A stretch of DNA of 63,357 nt, counting the filler, from Octopus bimaculoides (lineage: Eukaryota), in the NCBI RefSeq assembly GCF_001194135.2. It is 9 parts of 8 records of this genome, joined end to end, with 100 filler letters (N's around TTAATTAATTAA, not from the genome) between each part and the next. Parts side by side here need not be neighbours in the genome. Positions count along the whole stretch, not along the records: positions 46,410 to 58,328 come from NC_068982.1; positions 58,429 to 63,357 come from NC_069004.1; 7 more parts are not named here. One strand, given 5' to 3'. The translations under genes were made by a program, and so were the position numbers. Under the pieces are notes generated by a model that was not told the DNA's origin, made no database searches, and saw nothing but the letters and a program-made list of their open reading frames with translations. Of the stretch, positions 47,860 through 61,628 are shown piece after piece (position 1 is the first letter of the stretch; each line of letters opens with the position of its first letter).

Positions 47860-50270
47860 AAAAGAGAGTGGTAAATCCTCTTAACAGTCAAACTTGGCAA
47901 TCAAGCACCAAATCGATGCTCTCTAATCTGGTATAGAAACATTAAAAAACGTAAGCAGCATTCATAATATAAAATCATCTAAGAGAAAGGTAATGGGAAA
48001 GTACGAATTAAAGTCGGAACACCAATTTGGTGAAGTAGTGGAGAAGCTAAAACAAAAAGTCGCGCGTATTTTTTGTTTCGAAAAATTATCCAGGTTCTTC
48101 GAAGATAACAGCATGTCTAAAAATAACCCAAAGAATTTCTGATGTTCTTTTGATGATGAAAAGAACATCTTCAAAGTAGGTGAAGTCCCTCCAGAGAATG
48201 AAATACTGGAGAACTGGAGAAAAATTTGGGCAGATGAAAAGGATCACAACTGTGATTCCCCATGGATTAATAGACAAAAAGAAGACACAGAGGAGACCAA
48301 ATATAGGAAGAGATAAGAAGAGATACGTGTAGAAGATGCGCGATTCACATTAAAAATGTCCAGTAAATGGAAGTTAGCTGGTATAGATAAAATCCCAAAC
48401 TACTGGCTCAATGTGTTTACAAACTAACACAAGAAGCTAACTTGTTACAATAAAATTATGAAAGAACCACAAACGACCCCAGAATGGCTGGCTAATGGTG
48501 TCACATTTTTACTCTCCAAAAATGATGAAACAAAAGTTCCCAAGTACTGCAGACCCATAAGGTACCTTACAACAAAGTACAGAATCTTTACATCTCCCCT
48601 AACCCTTACATTCTCATTAACAGCAACATCTTTCCTGATAAACAAAATTTATGAAGACGTGGACCTTATCGATGCAGGGATGAACTGTTAATTAACGGAA
48701 TAATTTTTGAAGTTTGTCACAACAAGAAAGCAAGAACGCCTTTGATAGCCTTCCTCACTGTTGGATAATAGAATGCTAGGAGATGTCCAAAATTTCGCCA
48801 GTAATCAGCAGTTTTGTATCTCACACTACGAAGCTCTGGTAAACGGTATTAATTCTCAATACTAACACTACAAATATAAACGCTGGATAACTCAATATCA
48901 ATTGTGGAATCTTTCAAGGAGACCCATTATCTCCATTATTATTCTGTTTAGCACTGTTTCCTCTAAGTAAATTCCTGAATGAATCAAATTTTGAATACAA
49001 GGTGTATGGAAAAGCAGTTAAACATCTCCTCTATATGGATGACTTGAATCTGTTCGCAAAAACTGACCAACAGCTGCAAGCCCTTCAAACAATTTAGTGA
49101 TGGCATCAGAATAGAATTTACCAAAGGAAAACTGTCAAACACATGCTACATCACCCTAGATAGAGACACTGAGATAAAAGTATTAGAACCTCAAGTCAAT
49201 TATAAGTATCTAGCAGTATGTCAAAAAGATGGAGTTAAAAGTTCATTAATGAGAGAATAGAGAAGGAAGGAGTCCTACCGAAAAGTAAGATCCATTCTGA
49301 AAAACTAGCTGAATACAAGAAACAAATCTGAGGCCAATAACACACTGGCCATGTCTGTAATCACATACAAGTTTAATATTATAAGCCAGTCTAAGGCCAT
49401 TAATATTATAAAACAGTATAAGGCGGCGAGCTGGCAAAATCGTTCGCACGCCGGGAAAAATGCTGAGCAGCATTACGTCCGTCTTTACGGTCTGAGTTCA
49501 AATTTCGCCGAGGTTGACTTTGCCTTTCATCCTTTCGGGGTCAATAAAAATGAGTGTCAGTTAATCACCGGGTCAATGTAACCCACTCCACGGAAATGGC
49601 TTGCCTTGTACTAAAATTTGAAACCAGTATTATAAACTGGTCCCTCTCCGAAATCAACAAAGTTGATATCAAAATATAAATGCATCGAATGCATCACCCA
49701 GAGACTGATACAGACCGAATATACTTCCCAAGAAAAGAAGGCGGTCCGGAGACTTTCTGCCTACCTGCAACAAACAAGGATTCTCAGCAAGCTACTTCGG
49801 AAACATAAAGATACCAAAAATTGCTCTCAGTAGCGAAAAACACGAAAAGATACCTCCGAGAAATGCAACTAGACGAACCAGTACCCGAAGAAAATATATC
49901 CCCAACAGACAAGGCAGAACAAAATGAAATCATAGTCAAAGAAACTAACCGCCTGTATGTTAAGGAGAAATGTGAGCAATGGCTACTGCATGGTAAATAC
50001 TCGCCGAGAATCAGGGAGCCTGATGTCGATAAAACTCTTAATCATCAGTGGCTGTCATGTTCTGGTCTCAGGCCAGAAATTGAGGGTTATATCATTACTG
50101 CTCAGGACGAGTTCATCATGCTGCATATTCGGCGAATATCCAGAGACGATCGACCTCATAATCTGTGAATGTAGCAGACTGGCACCAACAAATGCTATCA
50201 AAGCCATGACAGGGCAGCTCAGTAAATAGACTGATCAATATGTCAAACACACAACCTCACTCACAAAAGG
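47860..50270 (+). mobile_element. Second decayed R4/Dong-like LINE (RT region to zinc-knuckle region)
   Basis: PEWLANGVTFLLSK...YCRPIRYL, CGIFQGDPLSPLLF (QGD 48915-48923), HLLYMDDLNLFAK (YMDD 49032-49043), LRPEIEGYIITAQD; interrupted by a family B SINE at about 49420-49625. Confidence 0.8.
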
Positions 50271-50284
50271 AATTGGTGGAAATA

Positions 50285-50454
50285 GATTTCAGAGGACGGA
50301 TAGGTCGATTAGATCGACCCCAGTGCTCAACTGGTATTTTATCGACGCCAAAAGGGATGAAAGGCAAAGTCGACCCCAGAAGAATTTGAGCTCAGAACTT
50401 AAAGACGGTCGAAATGCCGCTAAGTATTTTGTCTGACGGTACTGCTAAAGTCAC

Positions 50455-50460
<6 letters not shown>
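50285..50460 (-). mobile_element. SINE family B copy
   Basis: Reverse complement of the family B core, abutting (AAT)n; further copies at about 53215-53395 (+) and 53810-54020 (-). Confidence 0.7.
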
Positions 50461-50495
<35 letters not shown>

Positions 50496-51274
50496 TAATA
50501 ATCCCATCACTACCCATACTGATAGTACATAGAGCTGTGTTATGTTTTATTGTGAAAGTTAGTAATAAAATTATGATAGTAAAAAAAAAGGCAGTGCCAA
50601 TAATTATAATATATATTTCTAAAAATGATCAACGAAACTTACACAGTTTATAAAAAGTAAAAAGTAGAGGTTAAATTATATTATAACCAAGTGGTAGTGA
50701 AAGAAAAAATATAACTGTATGTACTATTACAAGTTGTATCTTTTATTGTACTATAACAAGTTATATTTAATCTTTCAAACATTGTGATCGCCATGGAAAA
50801 CAGAATGGAATAGAAAAATTTTATTAAAATTTATTGTTTGTTTACATCATGGTCATTCATCCGTAATACTCTGTCTTGTTCAGTTATGTGAGATCTAGCG
50901 GGTAGCCATCTTGGGAAAATGTTCATCATTTCTAGGAGAGAAGATGTAATTAATTAAATTAATATGAATTTTATTGACCAATCGTTCGCTGTACAAAGTT
51001 TGTTGTCAACGCAATTCCCAAGATCTGTAGAATCGGGAAATATAGACGAATCAACTCTGTAACTTAAGCAGACTGTGAAATGAAATATAGTAAGAGGCTA
51101 GCACAGACGTTGCGTTGTGTTGCTAAGGCAAAACAATAATACTCATTACTATGTCAGGGAACTGGCTTGAGTTTTGAGGTAACTATAAACGTCTTTCATA
51201 GATAAATTAAATCCCCCCCTCTATTGTCCTGTAGTCGGAGGGGATAACTGACGCGCCACATTTTCTATCAATTA

Positions 51275-52185
51275 TTATTACCTCCGCCTTAGCGAAGGCA
51301 GAGGTATTGTTTTCAGTCGAGCTTGTTTGTTTGTTTGTTTGTCCGTGGACAAAATATCTCAAAAACCACGGGATGGATTAAGATGAAACTTTCAGGGATG
51401 TTTGGCCTCGTGACTGGCACAAACTGATTAGATTTTGGTATCGATCTGGTGCCGGACAAGTATTCTGGATTATTTGTTATATTTACTTTACATGATTACA
51501 ATCTTACATTGACTTTCACGTCTTTCTCAATTATCTCCCTTTAAGCTGTTTCCAAAGTTTTATTTTTGCTTCTCTGTTATCAATTGTACTCGCGTCTCTA
51601 TCTTAGTAGAAACTGATGCATAAAGAAATCAAACTACATAATCAAACGGCAGTAAAACCGTTCAGAAATTAAATAACACTAACATATTTTTATAATATAT
51701 ATATATTCTACATACATATTAACACTTTACAGCATACTTACATATATACATAGATCTATACTTCGATCTAAAACAACAGGAATACTAAAGGAAGGCCGGA
51801 ATTTAAGAGAAGAGAAAGCCAAAAGGTCTCATGCTATTCATTTAAAAATTCCTTTGAAACTATTTTCAATGGTGAATTTGTTAACTTTGGCTTGTATTAG
51901 ATAAGGATAAACTATTTATTACTGTTACTAAATTTTCTACACCCACCTTCACATTCCATGACTACCATTGGGATCGATGAAATACTGGACAAGGATTCTG
52001 GATTATTTTTTCGGTTTTTTAAACTTAAATTTTGAGAGCGGTCGGATTCATTTTTAGTATTTTCATTTGTGAGGGCAGTCGAGTTTATTTCAGATATTCT
52101 CATTTAAAAAATCATCTTTGACTAATCGTTGAGAGGACATTAGTGTTGCCTTGGCGGAGGTTTGCGGTCTCTGAGTGCGCTTGTT
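51275..52185 (+). mobile_element. Helentron-type non-autonomous (DINE-1/HINE-like) element with an internal insertion; CryptonV-type is an alternative
   Basis: 5' TTATTACCTCCGCC plus hairpin, (TTTG)n tract, 3' subterminal GGCGGAGG (52153-52160) followed by a short hairpin and TTGTT. Confidence 0.55.
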
Positions 52186-53527
52186 ATTATTATTATTAGT
52201 AGTAGTTGTAGTATTAGTATTATTGAGTGAGAGAGTTGCGCATAGCAACAAAGTGACACTGGGGTAAAATATACGAAACCCAGTATACCCATCATGACTA
52301 CCCGTCTGATAAGTGTACACCAAGCAAATGCATCACAACCATATGTGCACAACATAGTGATCTCATATCAAAATAAACATCCCATGACCTTGCAGGTAGG
52401 ACCCAGCTAGAATTTTCTTCAGGTCGAGTAGTCCATCCTGTTCAAAAGGTCCCATAATAAGGTTTGTTTAAGGATGATAAACGAAACACCTAGTTTTCTG
52501 AGGTGAATGATTCAAACCCCAAAGAACTCCTCTCAGCACATGACTATGATGCTCCCCCAGAGATGCGTATATTTTCAGCCACTAAGGGATAAGCTCAACT
52601 GGTTAAAGATAATCAACTGACAAGCAAATCTGTGTTATTAAGCAGAATATTTGCTGCCGCCCATCTTTTACACCAAGACAAAGCATGCATATGATAATAC
52701 TTCCTTTAGCAGAGAAGCGAGGCAAATCTTTCTCTCTCTGCTTAGTGGCTGTTAGGGTTGTGCGTTGGACTTGTTTGAAAGATTTGAAGACAGGCACTTT
52801 CCTATCTGGCCAAGCGCTCACCAATTTCTTCAAATATCATTTGAAGAGGAGAGTGAGAGGCAGAGATGTAAAACTGGTTAGGCTGAATGGATTCACTTTG
52901 AGTATGCTTTTCTAAGTCGGAGGAAAGAAACTAGAAGATGATACTTCCCATGCCTAGGGGATGACAGAATAATCCGGGACCTTTTGTGTGAGGGTTATCC
53001 CAAATTACCCTAAGTGGACGACTCTCTATTTGGGATTCTATTTATTTATTTATTTTTCTAACTTCTATTCATATATCGTTTTGTTATATGCTGGAGATTT
53101 TCCCCTTGATCCATGTAAGTCCCATTTGTCTTTGTGTGTGTTGTATCTCGTCCTTTGATATTGTCCTCCATGTTTTGAACCCAATAAAAGAAATCATCAT
53201 CATCATCATCATTTCGTCCGTCTTTACGTTCTGAGTACCGCCGAGGTCGACTTTGCCTTTCATCCTTTCGGGGTCGATAAATTAAGTACCAGTGAAATAC
53301 AGGTCGATGTAATCGACTAGTCCCCTTCCCCCAAATTTCAGGCATTGTGCCTTTAGTAAAATGAATTATTATTATTATTCTTTATTATTATTATTATTGT
53401 TCAGTAGTTTTATTTTTATAACGTGCTNNNNNNNNNNNNNNNNNNNNNNNNNNNNNNNNNNNNNNNNNNNNNNNNNNNNNNNNNNNNNNNNNNNNNNNNN
53501 NNNNNNNNNNNNNNNNNNNNNNNNNNN

Positions 53528-53568
<41 letters not shown>

Positions 53569-54444
53569 GAGAAATAGAGAGAGAGAGAATAACGATGGTA
53601 GCCACAGTTTTGTTGTAATGATATAACGAAGAAAGAGATAATGATAATAACGATGATAATGACGATGATGATGATGAAAACGATGATGAGGAGGAAGAGA
53701 AGAGAGAATCAGGAGGGTTAGGTGGTTCAAGGGGTGGCTGAGAGTGAGAAAGGGAAACGGAGCATCAGGAGAGGAAAAGGGTTGCGAGGAGAAGAAGCGG
53801 TAAATTTGGCTTAAAATTTCAGCTCAAGGCCAGGAAATTTCGTGGAGTGAGTAAGTCGATTACATCAACCTCAGTATTCAACTGGTAGCAACTTTATCGA
53901 CTCGGAAAGGATGACAGGCAAAGTTGGCCACGGCGGAATTTCAACTGAAGACATTAAGTTGGAAGAAATGCCGCTAAGAATTTTACCAGGCGTGCTAACA
54001 ATTCTGCCAGCTCGCCACTTTCCTTATCAATAATATTTATATATAGTGAGTATTTAAGTAAAAGCCAGTTGAGAGATGGTTGGAAAATGTATTGTAAGCT
54101 GTAACAGTTTACAGCTCCGACATCAACATGGAGTTGATAAAAGCGCCAAAGCCAGCGGTTTCAATAAAGGTAGGATTCTATCGAAGTCACTAAGCATTAT
54201 CAATGGAAAACCAAAATGTATAACGAAACAATCAGGAAGACAAGAAGCGTAAAGGAAAGTGAATGATTTTTTATTGTAAAGAAAACACATTTCGGATAAA
54301 AGAATAATCCGGAAGAGACAAATTAAAGGAAAAGATTGAAAGAAGAAAATACTTGAAATAAAAATGGTGGATGACTCAACAGTGTGTTACAGTTTGAATG
54401 TGATCAACTGGATGGTGCCACAGATACAGCGACAGGAAACGAGG

Positions 54445-54491
<47 letters not shown>

Positions 54492-55789
54492 NNNNNNNNN
54501 NNNNNNNNNNNNNNNNNNNNNNNNNNNNNNNNNNNNNNNNNNNNNNNNNNNNNNNNNNNNNNNNNNNNNNNNNNNNNNNNNNNNNNNNNNNNNNNNNNNN
54601 NNNNNNNNNNNNNNNNNNNNNNNNNNNNNNNNNNNNNNNNNNNNNNNNNNNNNNNNNNNNNNNNNNNNNNNNNNNNNNNNNNNNNNNNNNNNNNNNNNNA
54701 TAAAGGTTTTATAGGATACTTAAGAACAAAGAAACGGCTAGTGACTCCATTGTAAGCTTTTTTCAACAATTGTACAGAATACAGAAAAAAATACACGCAG
54801 ATAGGTTTAGCAAAGATTGGAGCGGTAAGCTCATGTTTTTCATGAAGGACAAACAAATAGATTTAGCGTTAAAGCGAAATGAATATACGGGAGAACCTGA
54901 GAGGAAAAGAATAATGTGAAAAAAAAAGGGGGGGGGGAATATTTATGGGATCAACGAAAAGATGGGGACTGTGGTTATAAACTTTTGTTAAGAATATTTC
55001 TAAAAGTCACTAAGTATAGTCATAGGAGATACTCAGACTAAGAATGAAAGATTTAGATGTAGCTATTTGGGCGCAGACGATTTGATATGACCGACTGGAC
55101 ATTCAGACCGCTTTTGTGACAATAATGTTTGACACCAGAGGCAAACACACACAAGCGTACGCGCGCTCAGAAATATGCATTTAATGAATTGTAAAAATCC
55201 AATAAATTTGTGGTGGATTGAAATGGTGTGATTCTCTCTGATATAAACAGATTTGACTGTACCAGTACTCGGCTTGTACCCATTTTCAACTGAGTAGACT
55301 CGAGCAACGCGTAACGAAGTGCCTTGCACTAAAAGACAATGTACCACTCTGTCTAGAAATCAAACGAATGACCTTATGACCCTAAAGTCAACAGCCTAAA
55401 GAGTTGGGAGTATTCTTTTACTTGTTTCAGTCATTTGACTGCGGCCACCTTGAGAACCTTTGCAAAAAGATCAGCCAGGAAATAGAAATGTAGAAAAAAA
55501 AAAAAAGACTCCCCCAAAACGTGGAAGATAAACCGAAGAACAATTGCAGAATTTAATGGCACCGTTGGCAGCTATAAAACGTGAGAAAATGCAAAAAACA
55601 TCTTGCTGTATAGAATATTTGAAATATAAAGCAGTTAGCAATCTCAGGAAGAGTTTATATTTTGCAGAATATTATTTAATGATTTTTTTTTTAAATGTAA
55701 GGTTGTTAGTCACATATTTCAAGAATGGCGCATATTAACAGTTACAAAATGGCTTCGATGTATTATTTTTTTAGAAAAATTTTATTATA

Positions 55790-56461
55790 AAACGGTGGAG
55801 GAGGATAAGGAAGAGGAGATGGATTATGATTATGATGAGGNNNNNNNNNNNNNNNNNNNNNNNNNNNNNNNNNNNNNNNNNNNNNNNNNNNNNNNNNNNN
55901 NNNNNNNNNNNNNNNNNNNNNNNNNNNNNNNNNNNNNNNNNNNNNNNAGTGATGGTGATGATGACGTTGGCGACGATTACAACTGCTAAAACAATGATAT
56001 AATTAAGATGAAAAAAGAAGAATAGTGATGATGAGGAGGGGAAGAGGAGGAGGGGGAAGAGGAGGAGGGGGGAAGAGAATGAGGAGGAGTGATGTTAATA
56101 AACTTCTCGATTGATTAAGTTGGTGTTGTTGTTGTTGTTGTTCATTTCGAATATCCTAGCTTAGTGGCAAAAAAAAAAAAAAACGAAACGGAAAAAAAAA
56201 ACAAAGACAACAAACGAGAATTATTTGGGAGATTTCCCGGATTGCTGTAGTGCTGAGAAAGGAGGATTGAACCAAGTATTCAGCGTTGGAGTTTAGAGGT
56301 GAGGTGAGAAGAATCAGTGGCGGGAGAGGCTACGAGGAGGAGAGGTGAGTATGTTTTGTGGGGACTTGATGAAGATAGTGTAGGGAGAAGCAGTCTGTGA
56401 GTTCAAAGGAGAAACTTCCAAGTTCAGAAGAGGTCGATTCTCAGCAGGAACGACAATAATG

Positions 56462-56540
<79 letters not shown>

Positions 56541-56941
56541 TTTGTTATTATTATTATCATCATCATTATTATTATCATTATTATTATTATTGTTGTTGTT
56601 GTTGTTGATATTGTTATTATAATGATAATTATGATGATGATGATGAATATAGTCACAGAAATGAAAATAAAATTGCTGGAGCATTAACAGCGAAAACAAT
56701 ATGAAAAAACAAAAACTGGAATTTGATGGTAATGACTGTGATGACAACGACGATGATGGCGACGATAACGACAATAACAATGACAACGACAATGATGACG
56801 ACGGTGAAGATGATGCAGATAGTGATGATGATGATGATGATGATGATGATGAGGAGGAGGAGGAGGAGGAGGAGGATGATGATGATGATGATTATGGTCA
56901 CGTGAGTTGAAAAAGTGTAGTGTCCTTAAATCTATGAAGCA

Positions 56942-56994
<53 letters not shown>

Positions 56995-57537
56995 ATAGCA
57001 GGAGCAGCAGTAGTAGTGGTGGTGGGGTGGGAATGTTGTTGCTGTTGTTGTTGTTGTTGTTGTCGTTGGTGGTTGTGGTGGTGATGCTNNNNNNNNNNNN
57101 NNNNNNNNNNNNNNNNNNNNNNNNNNNNNNNNNNNNNNNNNNNNNNNNNNNNNNNNNNNNNNNNNNNNNNNNNNNNNNNNNNNNNNNNNNNNNNNNNNNN
57201 NNNNNNNNNNNNNNNNNNNNNNNNNNNNNNNNNNNNNNNNNNNNNNNNNNNNNNNNNNNNNNNNNNNNNNNNNNNNNNNNNNNNNNNNNNNNNNNNNNNN
57301 NNNNNNNNNNNNNNNNNNNNNNNNNNNNNNNNNNNNNNNNNNNNNGTTACAGACTAACAACGTTCGTTACTGAACGTCGAGAGGATCCCCGTCGCTCATT
57401 GTTGTTCCTCCACGCCGCCACCAATATCTCCTCCACACACCTATCCGCCTCCTCCCAATTCACTCTAATTCCGCTTATGTAACAACAACCACAACAGCAA
57501 CTATAATAGCAATGACGATAATAATAATAATAATGAC

Positions 57538-57577
<40 letters not shown>

Positions 57578-57698
57578 GTGATGATTTAATATTTGCCAAA
57601 AGGGCAACAATTGATAAAACATTAGGTGAAAATTTCTTGTTATTGATGATGATGATGATGGTGATGATGGTGATGATGATGATGACGACGACGACGAC

Positions 57699-57730
<32 letters not shown>

Positions 57731-57753
57731 TGATGATGGTGGTGATGATGATG

Positions 57754-57785
<32 letters not shown>

Positions 57786-57867
57786 GATGATGATGACGAC
57801 GACGACGACGATGACGATGACGATGATGATGACGATGATGATGATGGTGGTGATGGTGGTGATGATG

Positions 57868-57945
<78 letters not shown>

Positions 57946-58233
57946 GCAACGACTACTGACAACAAAAACAATGATATAATTAAGATAAAAACGAAAAATG
58001 ATAATGATAGTGATGATGATCAGAAGGAGGAGAAAGAGGAGGTGGAGGAAGAAATGTTGGTGGAAGTGGAAGGGAAGGTGTGTTGCGTTGAAGGTGGAGA
58101 GTACGATCGTCATCATGGAGGGGAAGCGGATGGGCATGAGGATCACAAGATGATGAGGAGGGGGAGGGTGGGGATGACGGCGACTATAATAATGAGGATG
58201 GTGGTGATGATAGTGATGATGATGATGGTGATA

Positions 58234-58275
<42 letters not shown>

Positions 58276-58328
58276 GTGATGTAATAAGGAGGATAATGAT
58301 CCCTCTCAATATCTCCGCTACCACCACC
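55790..58328. repeat. Dense mosaic of trinucleotide microsatellites (GAT, AAT, GAG, TAG, GTT, GAC)
   Basis: Directly visible; it produces the homopolymeric pseudo-ORFs. Confidence 0.95.
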
Positions 58329-58428
58329 NNNNNNNNNNNNNNNNNNNNNNNNNNNNNNNNNNNNNNNNNNNNTTAATTAATTAANNNNNNNNNNNNNNNN
58401 NNNNNNNNNNNNNNNNNNNNNNNNNNNN
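58329..58428. other. Synthetic assembly linker 8
   Basis: 44N-TTAATTAATTAA-44N. Confidence 0.95.
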
Positions 58429-58473
<45 letters not shown>

Positions 58474-58726
58474 ATGTATATATATATATATATATATTTA
58501 TATATGATATATGTGTATGTGACCATGCATATGCATAAGCGTAAGTACGAATGCGTACGAAACATGCATAAAGGCATACAAATAGATGGAGACACATAAA
58601 TACCTACACGTATGCATACTTACACACACACATATATGCTGATATACCAGTTTCTCTGTATTTCACTGTCTGTCACTGTCCCTTTTTTTCTTTCTCTCTG
58701 TGTGTGTGTGTGTGTGTATACACGCC

Positions 58727-58764
<38 letters not shown>

Positions 58765-58869
58765 GGTTCAAAAAAAAGGAAAAAAACAAAAAAACAACAA
58801 CAAGAAACAACAACGCGAGGACGTGATACAGATTGTGTTACTAGATGCTCAGGAAAGGAAAGAGAGAGA

Positions 58870-58904
58870 GTATGACGTTTCGAGCGGAGCTCTTCGTCGG
58901 AAAC
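58870..58904 (-). ncRNA. Hammerhead-like core (U4C variant), stem I disrupted
   Basis: GUUU-CCGACGA-A-GAGC(UCC)GCUC-GAAA-C-GUC-AUAC. Core and stem II are intact; stem I pairs only at its first base. Confidence 0.5.
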
Positions 58905-59000
58905 AAGGAAAGTCCAAAGAAGGTAAAAGCGGAGGAAGAAAAATTCACAACCAATGTCCACAAGGTTACGGAGATAGCTTTCGTCATTAGCTGGTGATTG

Positions 59001-59046
59001 GCTCACGCTGAGGACGGATAACTTCCAGAAACCTAGGTCCGTGAGT
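59001..59046 (+). ncRNA. Type I hammerhead ribozyme motif
   Basis: GCUCACG-CUGAGGA-cGGA(UAACU)UCCa-GAAA-CCUAGG-UC-CGUGAGU. Stem I 7 bp, palindromic CCUAGG stem III, GUC triplet; first pair of stem II mismatched (C/A). Confidence 0.7.
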
Positions 59047-59201
59047 ATCCCGTAGGTCTAGAGATGGGAGCGACACAAACTGTGTATACCGACACAAACT
59101 GTGTGTCGATAGCCAGCTGGAAAAGATGTTTTCCTGGGGCTAAAACAACCATAACATCGTCCTTTACAGGACTGCCACTTTATGTTGGCATGTAAACATT
59201 A

Positions 59202-59278
<77 letters not shown>

Positions 59279-59288
59279 CATACATACA

Positions 59289-59342
<54 letters not shown>

Positions 59343-60559
59343 TTTATTTAATTTGTACACACTTACATACATATGCTCATGCGTATATGTGTGGAAAGAA
59401 ATATATGCTCATATACATGTATTAACACACACATGGACATACATGAAATTTGCTGAGATTTAATAAAAAATTTGATAGAATGTGTGGTTTAAAAATGCAA
59501 TATCAGATAAATTTTAGACACAATCATACAAGAATGCGCTCACATCTCCACTGGAGTTTATTTTATAGAGTACAGTGTCCAAGAAAGTGGATACCAAACT
59601 GCGTGTAGTTGAAAAACATTAATTTAACTTTTCATTATTTATGTTAACAATTATACATTTCTCTATGATGATTCGGTGTTATCGAGGTTTACTATTTTCC
59701 TGGAAATTATTTGTGATTCTCAAGAATTTGATCTCTTTCCTTCAGATAATTCGTTCCATGACTTAGATTAGTAGTTCCCTAAACCTCTTCACTACCAAGA
59801 AACCGCTTTATCTAGATCAATATTTCCCACCCTATTTCCCTCGGGTCCCCTCTGTAACTTTTCAGAAAAATGTATGCCCCACCGGTGGTTGGAAAAAAGC
59901 ATCTTCATTTTTAATATTTTATCACAACTATTTAATACAAGAGAATCTATCGGTAACTCTTTTATTCAGACCTGAGTACAAAAAAAGTACAGTATTGACT
60001 AAGAAAGAAAAAAAACCCAAACAAACTGAATCACTTTAATGGTTACCTTGTACCTGGTGACTACGGCAGATTTCCTTGATTCGAGGAAATAATTTTGTTA
60101 GCTTCAGCCGTTATGCTGTGGCAGTCTTCATACAGTATGCTTGGCTGGAGGGATTGGTTTGGCTAGGGTGAATATAGGTGGATTGTGTTTGCTGTGAAAT
60201 AAAATTTTCACAATTCCATGTACCACTAAAAAGGAAAAAGAAATTTTAGCTCCCACGCTACACCACAATTCTTCCAGGCCTCATCGGTGGAACATATGTC
60301 CCAGGTTGGGAGCACTGATTAAGATGAATTTCCTCACGAATCCCCAGGAATAGAACGGCCATCTTGGTTATTGTACAGGACGGCCAATCCCCACGTTACA
60401 TCTCTTCTTTCGAACTCCTTTTCTCTCTGTGAAAAGGTAAGACCTTGACTCCCGTTCAAGACAAAAGCTTCACCACTAAGCAGAAGTGATTAAGATGTCA
60501 GAAGGTCTTGATCTTGCGAAAGTAGGTCATCGACTGAGGGATGCCCAAGACACCGGACA

Positions 60560-60775
60560 TCTTGCATTGTTTTAGTTATTTGACTGCGGCCATGCTGGAG
60601 CACCGCATTGAAGTTTTTAGTCGAACAAATCGACCCCAGAACTTACTTTTTTTCTTGAAAAGCCTGGTATTTATTCTTCCAGTCCCCTTTGCCGAAACGC
60701 TAAGTTACAGGGACGTAAACAAACCATCACAGTTGCCAAGCAGTGATGGGGGATAAGCACACACACACACCGACA

Positions 60776-60820
<45 letters not shown>

Positions 60821-61070
60821 GCATACACACACATACATACACACACGCGCGCGCGCACACGCACACACACACACACACACACACCCACACACACACACAC
60901 ACACAAATGACGGTTTTCTTTCATTTTCCGTCTAGCAAATCCATTCACATGGCTTTGGTCGGCACGAGAGTTCAGTAGAAGACACTTGCCCAAGGGGCCA
61001 CGCAGTGAAATTGAACCCGGAACCATGTAATTGGGATCCAAACTTCTTACCACACAACCACGCCTGCACT
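60560..61070 (-). mobile_element. SINE family A, full length, with internal (TG)/(CA) microsatellite
   Basis: Tail 60560-60760, microsatellite, head 60905-61070. Confidence 0.8.
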
Positions 61071-61567
61071 AACACACCAACATCGAAACTAATAAATCAA
61101 CCAAAAGTGAGCCCCTCCACACTGAAATGGAAATCTCACACAGATGCACCCAATACAATGTGACCAACAACAAAGTCCTCTAACACTTGACCATCCAGTG
61201 CATTCTGAACATGTAGGCATGCGGAGTTATTTGGTTTAATCATGTGAGTCAGGTCACTGAATGTAGTCCGGCTATTATAATTACCGACTCACTGAAACGA
61301 AATGAGCTCTCTGTATGGCCTTTCATTTTTGGTAGCAAACATTTCCTATCAACGAAGCCTAAAATTTGTTTTGAGTACATAGTTCTACTATAATCTTCGT
61401 GGTACCATACTGGTTCTCAGCTGTAAAGTTCTGTAAGGGCGGAGAGTTTCGTACGTTGCATAATACATATGTCCTTTTCTGTTTTTAATTATTGAAATTC
61501 TTCACAAACATTCATTCATGCATATATACATGCATATATATATATACATACATACATACGTACATAC

Positions 61568-61628
<61 letters not shown>

